The position numbers and the translations under genes are program-made. A stretch of 63,939 nucleotides of DNA, filler included, from an uncultured Acidimicrobiia bacterium (lineage in GTDB: Bacteria > Actinomycetota > Acidimicrobiia > Spongiisociales > JAOTWH01), in NCBI GenBank assembly GCA_964347285.1. It is 14 parts of 14 records of this genome, joined end to end, with 100 filler letters (N's around TTAATTAATTAA, not from the genome) between each part and the next. Parts side by side here need not be neighbours in the genome. Positions count along the whole stretch, not along the records: positions 36,833 to 41,424 come from CAYFYE010000141.1; positions 41,525 to 45,749 come from CAYFYE010000144.1; positions 45,850 to 50,064 come from CAYFYE010000145.1; positions 50,165 to 54,335 come from CAYFYE010000146.1; 10 more parts are not named here. One strand, given 5' to 3'. This document shows positions 40,495 to 51,159 of the stretch, piece by piece. Under the pieces are notes generated by a model. The model saw nothing but the letters and a program-made list of their open reading frames with translations, ran no database searches and was not told where the DNA came from. Position 1 is the stretch's first letter, and the number at the start of each line of letters is the position of its first letter.

Positions 40495-41424
40495 TCAGGC
40501 GCCGACGCTCTCCGGCTGGCGAGCCGTGGCGTCCACCGCGGCCACCTGGGGCACCCCTTGGGCCGCCGCCGGGGCGGGGCAGCCGGCCTTGCGGGCTGCG
40601 AAGTAGTCGGCGGGCTCGGCCATGCGCCGCAGCGCCCACAGCACCGGAGGAACGCCCAGCAGGGCCACCCCGCCGGTTATGTAGCCAGCTTCGATGGAGC
40701 GGGCCCGGGACAGCACCCCCAGCCCGGCCTGTCCGCCCACTCCCCCCACGCTGGCCATCATCGAATCGAACGAGATCACCGTCGCCCGCTGCTCGGTGGG
40801 AATGACCTCGTGGAGATAGGCCTGATGAACCGGCCCCATCACCCCGATCGAGGCGGTGGCGGCGAGCAGGAATCCCAGGGCCGGCCAGAAGTTGCCGGCC
40901 AGGCCGACGCCGATGGCGGCCACCGCCTGCACGCCCGCAGCCCACAGCAGCAGGGTGGTGCGCCGCCCGCAGAAGCGGGTGAACCACTCGACGAGCGAAT
41001 TGCCGGCGATCATCGCCAGCGAGATCAGGGCGGCGACCAGACCGGCCACCCACACCGCCTCCTCTCCGAGCAGCTCGAGGAAGTAGGGCTGCCACGCATA
41101 GAAGCCCCACATCAGGAAGCTTCCCTGAAAGATCGAGGTGATCATCAGCAGGCGCACCGACCGGCGCCGCCAGCCGTAGGTGATGCTGGCCCGGGCCACC
41201 CGGGCCATTTCGGCGGGCACGTCGGCCAGGCGTAGCGCCCGGGGTTGGAAGCCGATGTCGCGCATACGGAACAGGGCCACCACGAACAGGGCGATCAGCA
41301 AGACGGACCGGATCACGAACGGCCAGGCCAGATCGAGATCGCCGAGGAGACCGCCCCCCACCGTCCCCACCAGCATCGCCCCTCCGCTGACCATGGCCCC
41401 CTTGGCGAAGATGCGGTCCAGCTC
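40495..41424 (-). CDS. MFS transporter (N-terminally truncated)
   Basis: Multiple TMs, IPTEQRATVISF. Confidence 0.82.
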   Translation of the reverse strand, partial: ELDRIFAKGAMVSGGAMLVGTVGGGLLGDLDLAWPFVIRSVLLIALFVVALFRMRDIGFQPRALRLADVPAEMARVARASITYGWRRRSVRLLMITSIFQGSFLMWGFYAWQPYFLELLGEEAVWVAGLVAALISLAMIAGNSLVEWFTRFCGRRTTLLLWAAGVQAVAAIGVGLAGNFWPALGFLLAATASIGVMGPVHQAYLHEVIPTEQRATVISFDSMMASVGGVGGQAGLGVLSRARSIEAGYITGGVALLGVPPVLWALRRMAEPADYFAARKAGCPAPAAAQGVPQVAAVDATARQPESVGA

Positions 41425-41524
41425 NNNNNNNNNNNNNNNNNNNNNNNNNNNNNNNNNNNNNNNNNNNNTTAATTAATTAANNNNNNNNNNNNNNNNNNNN
41501 NNNNNNNNNNNNNNNNNNNNNNNN

Positions 41525-41742
41525 TTGAAGTAGTAGTTGCCGAAGATGTGGTCGACGTGGTGCTCGGTGTTGATCACGTAGCGAATCGGCCCGTGCCGCT
41601 CGGCCTCCTCGCGCATCTGCACCGCTCGGGTCGGCAGCTGCGGGGTGTCGACGACCACCACGCCGTCTGCGGTGATGACGTAGCTGGGATTGCAGCCCCG
41701 CACCTTCGTCTCGGTGAATACGTTCTGGGTGACTTGCTCCAT
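41525..41742 (-). CDS. MBL-fold (cyclase-like) hydrolase, N-terminal fragment
   Basis: VVVDT, INTEHHVDH. Confidence 0.82.
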
Positions 41743-41819
41743 GGCTTCTCCTCTGCGGCCGCCTCGGCGATCCGCTCGATCTCTCCGGCCCCTTCAGTCT
41801 CGTAAGTGGTTCAAGCGCC

Positions 41820-42605
41820 TCACTGGGTGGCGGTGAGGCCGCCGTCGATCGTGAGTACCTGTCCGGTGATGAAGCCCGATGCCGGCGAGCAGAACAGCAG
41901 CACCGCCCCGATCAGGTCGTCGGGCACGCCGACCCGTTTGAGGGGGATCCGGCTGACGATGCCCTGCTTGAAGTCGGCATCCTCCAGCAGCATGGCCACC
42001 TGGGGGGTGTCGACGAACGTCGGTGAGATGGCGTTGACGGTGATGCCGTACTTGGCCCACTCGGTGGCCTCCTGGCGGGTGAGCGCATCCACGGCCCCTT
42101 TGGCGGCCACGTAGGCGGAGTAGCCGGCGTCGATCCCGAGCTGACCTCGCACCGAGGAGATGTTGAGGACCTTGCCTCCCTCGCCCTGCTTGATCATCTG
42201 GCGGACCGCCGCCTGAGTCGGCAGCAGCGCACTGCGCAGGTTGAGGTCGAAGATCCAGTCCCAGTCGGATTCCGGGTACTCCTCGGCCGGGTACAACACC
42301 TTGCCGGCTCCACCCCCGACCGCATTGATGATGATGTCGAGGCGACCGAAGGCTTCGACCGTCTCGGCGACGGCCCGGTCGGCCTCTTCCCGCTCGGTCA
42401 CGTCGGCGATCACCGCTATCGCCTCGCCGTCTTCGGCGCCTACCCCGTCGACGGCGGCCTGGGTGCGCTCCTTGGACCGGCCCACGGCGGCCACCTTGGC
42501 GCCCGCCGCTCCCAGGGCGGCACACAGCACGGATCCGATGCCCCCGCCCCCGCCGGGAACGATGGCGACTCTTCCGTCCAGCCGGAACCGGTCCAGTGGG
42601 TTCAC
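41820..42605 (-). CDS. SDR oxidoreductase (KduD/gluconate 5-dehydrogenase-like)
   Basis: GGGGGIG, NISS, YVAAK, ITGQ.L.IDGG. Confidence 0.9.
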   Translation of the reverse strand: MNPLDRFRLDGRVAIVPGGGGGIGSVLCAALGAAGAKVAAVGRSKERTQAAVDGVGAEDGEAIAVIADVTEREEADRAVAETVEAFGRLDIIINAVGGGAGKVLYPAEEYPESDWDWIFDLNLRSALLPTQAAVRQMIKQGEGGKVLNISSVRGQLGIDAGYSAYVAAKGAVDALTRQEATEWAKYGITVNAISPTFVDTPQVAMLLEDADFKQGIVSRIPLKRVGVPDDLIGAVLLFCSPASGFITGQVLTIDGGLTATQ

Positions 42606-43558
42606 GATCGAGCCCGCACCAGGTCGTGGATGGCGGCGGTCACTCGCTCCACCGAGAGCCCGTACTTCTCCAAGAGAGCGTCGTCCGGTCCCGACTCCCC
42701 GAAGATGTCCATGATGCCAATTCGCTTGACCGGGACCGGGTGCCGGTCGGAGAGCGTCTCGGCGACCGCCCCGCCCAGTCCACCGATGATCGTGTGCTCC
42801 TCGATCGTGATCACGAATTCGGTCTTCTGGGCGGCGACGACGATGGCGTCCTCATCGATCGGCTTGATGGTGGGGACGTGGAGGAGGTGTGCCTCGATGC
42901 CCTCTCGACTGAGGCGCTCGGCGGCTTCGAAGACCCGCGTCGTTTGCACGCCGGAGGATATGAGGGTCACATCGCCCCCCTCGCGTACCACGGTTGCGTC
43001 GCCGAGCCGGAAGCGATGCGACTCGTCGAAGAGCACCGGCGAGGCCTGGCGGGTGAGACGCAGGTACACGGGCCCGTTGTGTTCGACGATGGCCCGGGTC
43101 GCCAGAGCGACCTCGACCTCGTCGGCGGGCGCCACCACGGTCATGTTGGCCATGGCCCGCATCACGGCCACGTCGTCGAACATCAAGTGGGTCTTGCCGG
43201 TCATACCGGCCAGCAGGCCGGCGTAGCCGCCGGTGATCTTGACGTTGAGGTTGGGCTGGGCGATCAGCACCCGCACCGAGTCCAGGGCCCGGGCGACGGC
43301 GAAACAGGCGAACGTGCTCACGAACGGGATGAAGCCCACCGTGGCCATGCCGGCGGCCACGCCCAACATGTTCTGCTCGGCCACGCCCATCTGGAAGAAC
43401 CGGTCGGGATGAGCCGCCTCGAAGATGTCGGCGCGGGTCGAGCTGCCCAGGTCGCCGTCGAGGACGACGAGGCGAGGGTTCTCGTTGGCCAGCTCGGAAA
43501 CGGTCTCGCCCCAGGTGACACGAAGTGGGTTTCCGGCGGGCAGGGTCATCACGGTCAT
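42602..43558 (-). CDS. Transketolase, C-terminal subunit
   Basis: GVAEQNM, GPVYLRL, IEEH..IGGLG. Confidence 0.92.
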   Translation of the reverse strand: MTVMTLPAGNPLRVTWGETVSELANENPRLVVLDGDLGSSTRADIFEAAHPDRFFQMGVAEQNMLGVAAGMATVGFIPFVSTFACFAVARALDSVRVLIAQPNLNVKITGGYAGLLAGMTGKTHLMFDDVAVMRAMANMTVVAPADEVEVALATRAIVEHNGPVYLRLTRQASPVLFDESHRFRLGDATVVREGGDVTLISSGVQTTRVFEAAERLSREGIEAHLLHVPTIKPIDEDAIVVAAQKTEFVITIEEHTIIGGLGGAVAETLSDRHPVPVKRIGIMDIFGESGPDDALLEKYGLSVERVTAAIHDLVRARS

Positions 43559-43571
43559 TTCGCCTCGTCGA

Positions 43572-44468
43572 TCATTGCTCGGCCATCCGGGCCAGCTCTT
43601 CGTCGCTGAGGGGCTCGCCCAGCTCTTCCAGGGCGAGCCGCAACTCCTCGGCGGTGGGTACCCGGCTGTGCCAGGTGAAGTTGTTCTCCATGAACGACAC
43701 GCCCTTGCCCTTCACCGTGTGGGCCACGATTGCGTTGGGGCGGCCGGTTTCGGAACGGATCCGTTCCGTCACCTCCACGAACTCGGCCATGTCGTGTCCG
43801 TCGACCTCGGCGACGTTCCACCCGAACGCACGCCATCGGTCGGCGAGCTGGGAACCGCTGTATGGAGAGAGGCGCTCGGCCACCGTCTCTCCGCGCCAGC
43901 CGAACTGCTGGAGCTTGTTGTGGTCGATGATCGCAACCAGGTTGTCGAGCCGGTAGCGCTCGGCAACATGGGCACCCTCCCAGACGATTCCCTCGTTGCA
44001 CTCCCCGTCGCCCAGCAAGGCGTAGGTCTTGAAGTCGCTGCCTTCGGTCTTCGCGGCCAGGGCGATGCCTACGGCTCCCGAGAAGCCCAGGCCGAGCGAG
44101 CCACTCGACATGTCGAGACCGGGCAGCTTGGTCATGTCGGGATGGCCCTGGAGACGGGAGTCGATGGCGTCGAAGGTGTACAGCTCCTCTTCCGGGAAGT
44201 AGCCGCGCATCGCCATGATCGCGTAGAGGGCGATCGAGCTGTGCCCCTTGGACAGGACGAATCGGTCACGGTCGGGCCAGAGCGGCTTCTCGGGCCGGAT
44301 GTTGAGGATCCGGAAGTAGAGGGCGGCCAGCATGTCCATGGCCGACATCGGCCCGCCGACGTGGCCTCCCTTGGCATGGGCGATCACCCGCACCACATGG
44401 GCGCGTCCTCGCCGGGCGATGTCCTCGAGTTCGGCGATGCCGACTGGAGCGGTCGTCGTATCGGTCAC
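43572..44468 (-). CDS. Transketolase, N-terminal subunit
   Basis: GHVGG, RDRFVLSKGH, GHP, GDGE..EG..WE, TVKGKG. Confidence 0.93.
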   Translation of the reverse strand: MTDTTTAPVGIAELEDIARRGRAHVVRVIAHAKGGHVGGPMSAMDMLAALYFRILNIRPEKPLWPDRDRFVLSKGHSSIALYAIMAMRGYFPEEELYTFDAIDSRLQGHPDMTKLPGLDMSSGSLGLGFSGAVGIALAAKTEGSDFKTYALLGDGECNEGIVWEGAHVAERYRLDNLVAIIDHNKLQQFGWRGETVAERLSPYSGSQLADRWRAFGWNVAEVDGHDMAEFVEVTERIRSETGRPNAIVAHTVKGKGVSFMENNFTWHSRVPTAEELRLALEELGEPLSDEELARMAEQ

Positions 44469-44504
44469 GTCACCTCCTCGGCCGGCTTCGAGGTTGGCCT
44501 GGGG

Positions 44505-44861
44505 TCACGACTCGTACGATCCCGGAACCACCGGGGGCGAGAAGATCGACACCAGTTCGAGGGGTTCGGGTCCGAAGGATGCGGTGGCGTGCTCGAGACC
44601 CATGGGGATGAAGACCGAGACTCCCGGCTCAAGGGTTGCGGTCCCTTCCGGCGTCCGCAGCTCGCCACGACCGGACACGATGTAGATGGTCTCCTCCTCG
44701 GCCTCGTGGACGTGGCCCTCGGGTGCCGACCCGGCCGGGAACACGGCCACCCCCACCGTGAGGTTCTTCGAGTCGCTGGTTCTGGGGCCGATGTAGTAGA
44801 AGAAGTCTCGTCCCGGCAGGTGATAGACGTCGGCGTCTTCGCGTCGGACTGATTTCAGCAT
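44505..44861 (-). CDS. Cupin-domain protein
   Basis: HVH...EE..Y..SG.G and IP.G.EH. Confidence 0.88.
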   Translation of the reverse strand: MLKSVRREDADVYHLPGRDFFYYIGPRTSDSKNLTVGVAVFPAGSAPEGHVHEAEEETIYIVSGRGELRTPEGTATLEPGVSVFIPMGLEHATASFGPEPLELVSIFSPPVVPGSYES

Positions 44862-44934
44862 TCTCCGCCCCTCTCCATCATCGATGATCGAGCCTAGCCG
44901 ACGTCTTCCGACTCGAAGCTGCGATCTTCCCCCC

Positions 44935-45333
44935 TCACCTGGGCGTCTTCACGGCCAGCACCGGGCAGGGAGCGTCCAGCAGGATGGCCTGGGCATTGCT
45001 GCCCAGGAGCAGTTTGCCCACCGGGGAGCGCTTCCGCAGCCCGATGACGATGAGCTCCGCGTCTTTCTCCACGGCCGTGGAGACCACGTCTTCGGCGGGA
45101 GTCTTGCCCCGCAGGTACTCATGCACTTCGTAGCGCAGGCCTTCCCCGGCCAGCTGCTTGTCGATCTTTGCCAGGACTTTTCGGTAGCTGATGACCTCTT
45201 CCGGGCCCGGGTCCTTCGTGCCCAGCGAGTGGACCACTACGAGCTCCCCATCGCGCAGCTTGGCCTCTGCGACGGCCCGATCGAGGGCGGTGAACCCCTC
45301 GGGGCTGTCGGTGAATCCGATGACGATCTTCAT
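44935..45333 (-). CDS. Universal stress protein
   Basis: MKIVIGF, LIVIG..KRSPVGKLLLGS, CPVLAV. Confidence 0.92.
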   Translation of the reverse strand: MKIVIGFTDSPEGFTALDRAVAEAKLRDGELVVVHSLGTKDPGPEEVISYRKVLAKIDKQLAGEGLRYEVHEYLRGKTPAEDVVSTAVEKDAELIVIGLRKRSPVGKLLLGSNAQAILLDAPCPVLAVKTPR

Positions 45334-45474
45334 GTCCAACCTTCCGGCAATCACTGCCAGCCTACCGGTCCTGCCCGTGCCCAAGATGGTGTGGCGCGAA
45401 CCCCGGCGAACCGCGCAAACGAGGCACAACCGGGTGACGGGGCAGGGGTTTCGACATGGGAGAATCGTCGCCAC

Positions 45475-45749
45475 ATGTCTCCGCTCGGGCCGCCACCACA
45501 AGAACACCTGCGACGGCGCGGCCTCCGCCTGGAGTACGCCACGATCGGCTGGAACGTCCTGGAGGCATTCGTCACGATCGGGCTCGGCGTGGTGGCCGGC
45601 TCCTTCGCCCTCGTCGCCTTCGGCCTCGACTCGATCATCGAGGTGTTCGCCTCTTCGGTGGTGGTGTGGCACGAGTGGCATCCAGAGGCCCCGGTGCGGC
45701 GGACTCGGGCCGCCCTACGCCTGATCGCTCTGGCCTTCTTCGCCCTCGG
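45475..45749 (+). CDS. CDF-like cation transporter, N-terminal fragment
   Basis: LEYATIGWNVLE, ALVAFGLDSIIE. Confidence 0.8.
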
Positions 45750-45849
45750 NNNNNNNNNNNNNNNNNNNNNNNNNNNNNNNNNNNNNNNNNNNNTTAATTA
45801 ATTAANNNNNNNNNNNNNNNNNNNNNNNNNNNNNNNNNNNNNNNNNNNN

Positions 45850-46188
45850 GATCGGGGCTACTCGAACGAACACGCCGTTGCGGTCGGCCTGGAACGCACC
45901 GCCAAGGTCATCACCGGCGCCGCCGCGATCATGGTGGTCGTCTTCGGCGCCTTCGTGCTCTCGTCGATTCTCCTCATGAAAGAACTCGGCTTCGCGCTGG
46001 CCGCCGCCGTCCTGCTCGACGCCACCATCGTTCGCATCATCCTCGTGCCGGCGACGATGCGTCTGTTGGGCGAATGGAACTGGTGGCTTCCCGGATGGTT
46101 GGGCCGGCTCCTGCCCCGAGTCGTCCTGGAGCCGGAGGTTCCCGACGTCGCCGCGGATCCGCAACGCCCACCGGTGCCCGTCGGCTGA
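45850..46188 (+). CDS. MMPL/RND transporter, C-terminal fragment
   Basis: VITGAAAIM, LDATIVRIILVPA.M.LLG.WNWW.P. Confidence 0.88.
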   Translation, partial: DRGYSNEHAVAVGLERTAKVITGAAAIMVVVFGAFVLSSILLMKELGFALAAAVLLDATIVRIILVPATMRLLGEWNWWLPGWLGRLLPRVVLEPEVPDVAADPQRPPVPVG

Positions 46189-46269
46189 AGGATGGCGACG
46201 GACCCCACGCCTCGGGCGTCGATGTCGAGTCCGTCTGATCGCCGGGCGGTGTCGTCGCGAGAAAAGGGC

Positions 46270-46301
46270 TTGACCTTCCAGTCGGATAGAAGGCGTACGG
46301 T
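46270..46301 (+). promoter_or_regulatory. MerR/CueR-type promoter-operator
   Basis: TTGACC-N20-TACGGT with dyad CCTTCCA-N6-TAGAAGG in the spacer. Confidence 0.75.
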
Positions 46302-46328
46302 GGTCATGCACCCAGAGAAAGGCCGACC

Positions 46329-48788
46329 ATGAACGATCCAGTGTGCGGAATGCCGGTTGAGGAATCCGCGCTCGCCATCGACGGGTACGACGATCTTCGG
46401 TTCTGCTCGGAGCATTGCCGGGCGGCCTTCGCTACCGATCCAGAGGCGTATGCGAACGAATCCCATCTAGCGGTACGGGGCAGCGGCCCCAGCGCACCCC
46501 CCGGCGGCGCAGCCCATCGCGGGAAACCGCATCGCCGTGCCCGAATAGCCATTGACGGGATGACCTGTGCCGGGTGCGCCACAACCATCGAGCACGCGCT
46601 GGCCTCGACTCCCGGCGTCATCGATGCCCGGGTGAACCTTGCCACCGAGGAGGCGACCGTCGACGTCGAGGACGTGCCGGACGAAGTGCTCGCCGAGGTT
46701 GTCGCCGGCGCCGGGTATACGGCCAGGGCGTCGACTCAAGGGATCGACGAAGAGGAGGGCGACGTCGAGATGGCCGCCCGCCAGCTGCTGTATCGGACCC
46801 TGCTGCGCAAGTTCTGGCTCGCTGCCGCCGTATCGCTCCCCGTCATCTACTTCTCGTATCCCGAACTGTTCCCCGGCATACCCGAGAAGGGGTCGACAGC
46901 TTTGAACCTCATCTGGGGGGCGATGGCGTTGTTGACCCTGCCGGTCTTGCTGTGGTCGGGATCGCAGTTCTTCACGGGTGCGTGGGCGGCGTTCAGACAT
47001 CGCCAGGCAAACATGCACACCCTCATCGCCACAGGCATCAGCGCGGCGTGGTTGTACTCGACGACGGCGCTCCTCTTCCCCGGTCTGTTCCCCGAGGAAC
47101 GCCTACGGGACGTCTTCTTCGATGTGACCGCCGTCGTCACGGCGCTGGTTGTTCTGGGCATGGCATTGGAGATCCGGGCCCGCGCCAAGACCTCCGAGGC
47201 CCTCAAGAAGCTGATCGGACTCCAGGCGAAGACCGCACGGGTGATCCGGGATGGCATCGAGGTCGACGTGCCGATCGAAGACGTCGTCGTCGACGACACC
47301 ATCGTCGTGCGCCCGGGGGAGAAGATCCCGGTCGACGGTGTCGTGATCTCCGGTGCGTCGGCGGTCGACGAGTCCATGGTGACCGGCGAGCCGATCCCGA
47401 TCGAGAAGGTGCAGGACGACCTGGTGATCGGAGCCACGATCAACAAGACCGGCACGTTCCGATTCCGCGCCACCCGGGTCGGGAGGGACACGATGCTGGC
47501 GCAGATCATCCAGATGGTGCGCGATGCCCAGGGCTCGAAGGCCCCGATCCAGCGGACCGTCGACAGGGTTGCGGGCTACTTCGTGCCCGCGGTCATGATC
47601 ATTGCGGTCCTCACCTTCATGGCCTGGTACACGATCGGGCCGTCGCCGGTGATGGCCTACGCCGTGGTCACGGCCGTGACCGTGCTCGTCATCGCTTGCC
47701 CCTGCGCCCTCGGCCTCGCCACACCCACGTCGTTGATGGTCGGGATCGGAAAAGGGGCCCAAGCGGGCATCCTCATCAAGACCGGCGATGCGCTCGAGAC
47801 GGCGCAGCGGCTCACCACGGTGGTCCTCGACAAGACCGGCACCGTCACCCGAGGACAGCCGTCCCTGACCGACGTGATGTCCCTCGGCGCGCTCGGGGAC
47901 GACGACGTCCTTGCTCTGGCGGCATCTGCGGAACGCGGTTCCGAACATCCCCTCGGAGAAGCCATCATCGAAGGCGCCCGCCGCCGCGGTGTTCCGCTCA
48001 GAGACGCAGAAGACTTCGAGGCCACGCCCGGCCACGGCATCGCCGCCACGATCGCGACCCGCCGTGTGGTTCTCGGCAACGCCAAGTTCATGGCCGATCA
48101 GAGCATCAGCGTCGGACCGGCGGAGGACATCGTCGAGCAGCTTGCCGAGGAAGGCAAGACGGCAATGGTCGTCGGCGTCGACGGAGACCTCGTCGGCGTG
48201 ATCGGAGTCGCCGACACGGTGAAAGAGGACTCGAGGTCGGCCATCGCACGCATGCACGATCTCGGGCTCGAGGTGGTCATGCTCACCGGCGACAATGCCC
48301 GCACCGCCACCGCCATTGCCCACAGCGTCGGCATCGATCGCGTCCTCGCCGAGGTCCTTCCCGAGGACAAGGCCAACCAGATCAAACTGCTGCAAGGGGA
48401 AGGGAAGGTCGTCGCCATGGTCGGCGACGGCATCAACGACGCCCCTGCGCTCGCTCAAGCCGACGTCGGCCTCGCGATGGGAACCGGAACCGATGTCGCC
48501 ATGGAATCCGGCGACATCACCCTGGTGAAGGGCAGCCTCACCGGCGTGGTCACCGCCATCGAGCTCTCGAGGGCGACGATGCGCAACATCCGCCAGAACC
48601 TGGTCGGTGCGTTTGGATACAACACCCTGGGGATCCCGATCGCAGCCGGGCTTCTCTACCCGTTGTTCGGGTGGCTGCTGAGCCCGCTGCTGGCGGGAGC
48701 CGCCATGGCGTTCTCATCTGTGACGGTCGTCACCAACGCCAACCGGCTGCGCCGCTGGAAACCCCGATTCGCGAAGGAGGCTGTGTAA
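46329..48788 (+). CDS. copA: Cu(I)-translocating P1B ATPase with N-terminal YHS and HMA domains
   Basis: DPVCGM...FCS..C, GMTCAGC, CPC, DKTGT, SEHP, GDGIND, YN and MAFSS. Confidence 0.93.
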   Translation: MNDPVCGMPVEESALAIDGYDDLRFCSEHCRAAFATDPEAYANESHLAVRGSGPSAPPGGAAHRGKPHRRARIAIDGMTCAGCATTIEHALASTPGVIDARVNLATEEATVDVEDVPDEVLAEVVAGAGYTARASTQGIDEEEGDVEMAARQLLYRTLLRKFWLAAAVSLPVIYFSYPELFPGIPEKGSTALNLIWGAMALLTLPVLLWSGSQFFTGAWAAFRHRQANMHTLIATGISAAWLYSTTALLFPGLFPEERLRDVFFDVTAVVTALVVLGMALEIRARAKTSEALKKLIGLQAKTARVIRDGIEVDVPIEDVVVDDTIVVRPGEKIPVDGVVISGASAVDESMVTGEPIPIEKVQDDLVIGATINKTGTFRFRATRVGRDTMLAQIIQMVRDAQGSKAPIQRTVDRVAGYFVPAVMIIAVLTFMAWYTIGPSPVMAYAVVTAVTVLVIACPCALGLATPTSLMVGIGKGAQAGILIKTGDALETAQRLTTVVLDKTGTVTRGQPSLTDVMSLGALGDDDVLALAASAERGSEHPLGEAIIEGARRRGVPLRDAEDFEATPGHGIAATIATRRVVLGNAKFMADQSISVGPAEDIVEQLAEEGKTAMVVGVDGDLVGVIGVADTVKEDSRSAIARMHDLGLEVVMLTGDNARTATAIAHSVGIDRVLAEVLPEDKANQIKLLQGEGKVVAMVGDGINDAPALAQADVGLAMGTGTDVAMESGDITLVKGSLTGVVTAIELSRATMRNIRQNLVGAFGYNTLGIPIAAGLLYPLFGWLLSPLLAGAAMAFSSVTVVTNANRLRRWKPRFAKEAV

Positions 48789-49159
48789 TGGATGTCGTGC
48801 TGGTAAACGTGGCAGGGCTGGCCCTCATTTGGCTCATCGTCTGGTATTTCTGGCTGTCGTCCAGCGCAGGAACTGCCGCAGCAATCACGACCACTGGGGT
48901 CCAAGAGGCGGTCGTCGTGGTCAACGGCGGCTACTCGCCGGACACGATTCGAGTGGAAGCCGGCCGGCCGGTGCGTCTCATGTTCAACCGCCAGGAAGCC
49001 GACCCGTGCTCGGAGAGGGTCATCTTCGACGACTTCGGGATCTCGGCCGACCTGGTGGAGGGGGAGATCGTGCCGGTCGAGTTCACCCCTACCGAACCGG
49101 GCGACTACGAGTTTGCCTGCCAGATGGGCATGCTGCGGGGAAAGGTCATCGTCACATGA
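48788..49159 (+). CDS. Membrane-anchored cupredoxin-domain protein (CupA-like)
   Basis: N-terminal TM, GGYSP, FACQMGM. Confidence 0.88.
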   Translation: MDVVLVNVAGLALIWLIVWYFWLSSSAGTAAAITTTGVQEAVVVVNGGYSPDTIRVEAGRPVRLMFNRQEADPCSERVIFDDFGISADLVEGEIVPVEFTPTEPGDYEFACQMGMLRGKVIVT

Positions 49160-49932
49160 AGCCATCCAACATTGACGAGAAGCGGTCGCCGTACGGGTGG
49201 GAGATGGCCTTCGCCCGGTGCCCACCCGAAGACTCACCGCTCGTCGGCGGCGAGCCCGGCCATGTAGATGATCCACCTCGCAAAAATCAGGACCACGAGC
49301 AGGCCGAGGTGACCCGCCGCTACGACCGGATGGCCTGGCTGTACGACATCTACGGTGCCCCGATGGAATGGATGGGCACCCGCCGGCGCCGCAGGAGGCT
49401 GCTGTCCAAGGCGGCGGGGCGAGCGCTCGAGGTCGGAGTCGGCACCGGCAAGAACCTCTCCCACTACCCGGAAGACGTCACCCTCACCGGGATCGATGTC
49501 TCGGAAGCCATGCTCACCCGGGCACGGCGCCGAGCCGACCGCCTCGGAACCCCCGTCGACCTGGGGCTGGCCGACGTCCACCACCTCCCGTTTCCGGACG
49601 CGACCTTCGACACCGCCGCGGCGACTTGCGTGTTCTGCTCCGCCGCAGACCCAGTTCAAGGGCTCTCCGAGCTTGCCCGGGTCACCAAGCCCGACGGACG
49701 GATCCTGCTCCTCGAGCACGTCCGGCCCCGCAACCGCCTCCTCGGGCGCCTGGCCGACGCCGCCACGGTGCTGACCCGCCGCCTGTTCGGTTTCCGGGCC
49801 AACCGTCGCACCGAGGCCAACGTGGCCGCTGCCGGCCTCCGAGTGGTCGACATTCGTCGCGAAGGCATCTGGCGAGAGATCACCGCCACGCCCGGCGGCG
49901 GTCTCCCAGAGCCGAGGGGAGACACGCAATGA
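49156..49932 (+). CDS. Class I SAM-dependent methyltransferase; start uncertain
   Basis: LEVGVGTG, GIDVS, FPDATFD, LLEH. Confidence 0.85.
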   Translation: MKPSNIDEKRSPYGWEMAFARCPPEDSPLVGGEPGHVDDPPRKNQDHEQAEVTRRYDRMAWLYDIYGAPMEWMGTRRRRRRLLSKAAGRALEVGVGTGKNLSHYPEDVTLTGIDVSEAMLTRARRRADRLGTPVDLGLADVHHLPFPDATFDTAAATCVFCSAADPVQGLSELARVTKPDGRILLLEHVRPRNRLLGRLADAATVLTRRLFGFRANRRTEANVAAAGLRVVDIRREGIWREITATPGGGLPEPRGDTQ

Positions 49933-50165
49933 GCACCGTCAGAAACCGCAGTGCCGCCTTGCGGCCGACACTGTTGGGCCCACTGGGCCCCTTTGTCCAT
50001 CCCAATCCGGCCCGCCGGGCCGCCTCTCGCAAGGTGGCGGTGGTCGTCTTCACGGCGTTCATGGNNNNNNNNNNNNNNNNNNNNNNNNNNNNNNNNNNNN
50101 NNNNNNNNTTAATTAATTAANNNNNNNNNNNNNNNNNNNNNNNNNNNNNNNNNNNNNNNNNNNNG

Positions 50166-50249
50166 GCGTTCGGTGGGCAGCTGTCCGCCGAAGAAATCGC
50201 CTCGGCGGTCGACTTTGTGCGGAGCGTCCAGGCGGCCAATCTCGAGTAG
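50166..50249 (+). CDS. C-terminal fragment, cytochrome c-like
   Basis: AFGGQLSAEEIASAVDFVRS resembles the MPAF...LS..EI final helix; heme motif not visible. Confidence 0.5.
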   Translation, partial: AFGGQLSAEEIASAVDFVRSVQAANLE

Positions 50250-50306
50250 GACCGTCAACCTGGACGAAACCCAACGATGGGCCCCGGCAAGGGGCCCATC
50301 TCTTTC

Positions 50307-50906
50307 TCAGGCCCCGATTCGAATCAGGTGCTGGGGGACCGCATAGTGATGCTCGGCCGCTTCCTGGACGGCCTGCAGGGCCCGGTTCATCAGCAGTCGC
50401 ACGAAGGGTCGAAGCACCCCCCAGTAGCGTCCGAACCGGCGCCGGGCCGTCTCGTCGGTGACGGCGGTGCGTGACTCCATGGTGAGCAGGGTGCGCCCCT
50501 CGCCGTAAGGGCGCACCGAGAGGCCGGCCACGGTCTTGGCATATCCGGGCTGATCGAACCGGGCGAAATTCGCGGCGGACACCTCGGCCCACCCGTAATC
50601 GCCCTTCCAGAACTGACCGATCGAGCCGGCCACCCGCTCGCGTCCCGGGATCTCGCCGAGCTCCACCCACTCCGATCCCGACCTGATGTCATCGAACGTG
50701 AACCAGGTCGGCGTTGGCCGGTCGCCGCGCCGCCTGCCGGCGAAGCGGTTGGGAAGCTCGCGGGCGGCGATGAGGAGCCTGATGACGGAATCGCGGCCCA
50801 GGTCGGCCCGGCTAATAGCGTCGAACGTGCTCGCCGGATCGGCCTCGACGATCCTGTGCACGGCCAGGCTGTAGGTGAAGTCGGGAAGCACGTCGTCGAT
50901 GAGCAT
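50307..50906 (-). CDS. Conserved hypothetical protein (DUF2867/SRPBCC-like)
   Basis: MLIDDVLP, GQFW, PGYAK, ARRRFGRYW; GGAGGAGG RBS. Confidence 0.72.
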   Translation of the reverse strand: MLIDDVLPDFTYSLAVHRIVEADPASTFDAISRADLGRDSVIRLLIAARELPNRFAGRRRGDRPTPTWFTFDDIRSGSEWVELGEIPGRERVAGSIGQFWKGDYGWAEVSAANFARFDQPGYAKTVAGLSVRPYGEGRTLLTMESRTAVTDETARRRFGRYWGVLRPFVRLLMNRALQAVQEAAEHHYAVPQHLIRIGA

Positions 50907-51159
50907 GCCGCCTCCTCCTCGTGTTGCTGTCCAACATAGGCTGCCGGCCGGCGGCCGGTAGGGGCTTAGGACCCGGTGCGTGGAGAGGTGGCGGTGCCGG
51001 CCGTGGCCGCACCGGATGGCGGTGATGCCTCCGGGAATGGCGAGCCGACTCGTACAACTTGTGACCCTCTTCCCGTCCAAAGGGCCACAGGGCCCGTGAC
51101 CGGGAAGGAACGGCGCCGTACCCTCGAATCAGGAGAGTCTCCGGCGAGGAGGTCGATCG

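Noticed and set aside
46574..48787. Long alternate-frame ORFs (861 aa at 46574, 718 aa at 38649, 523 aa at 55468 and similar)
   Set aside because: Arg/Pro/Gly-rich shadow frames expected in high-GC DNA; only the last 123 aa of the 46574 ORF (cupredoxin) is credible
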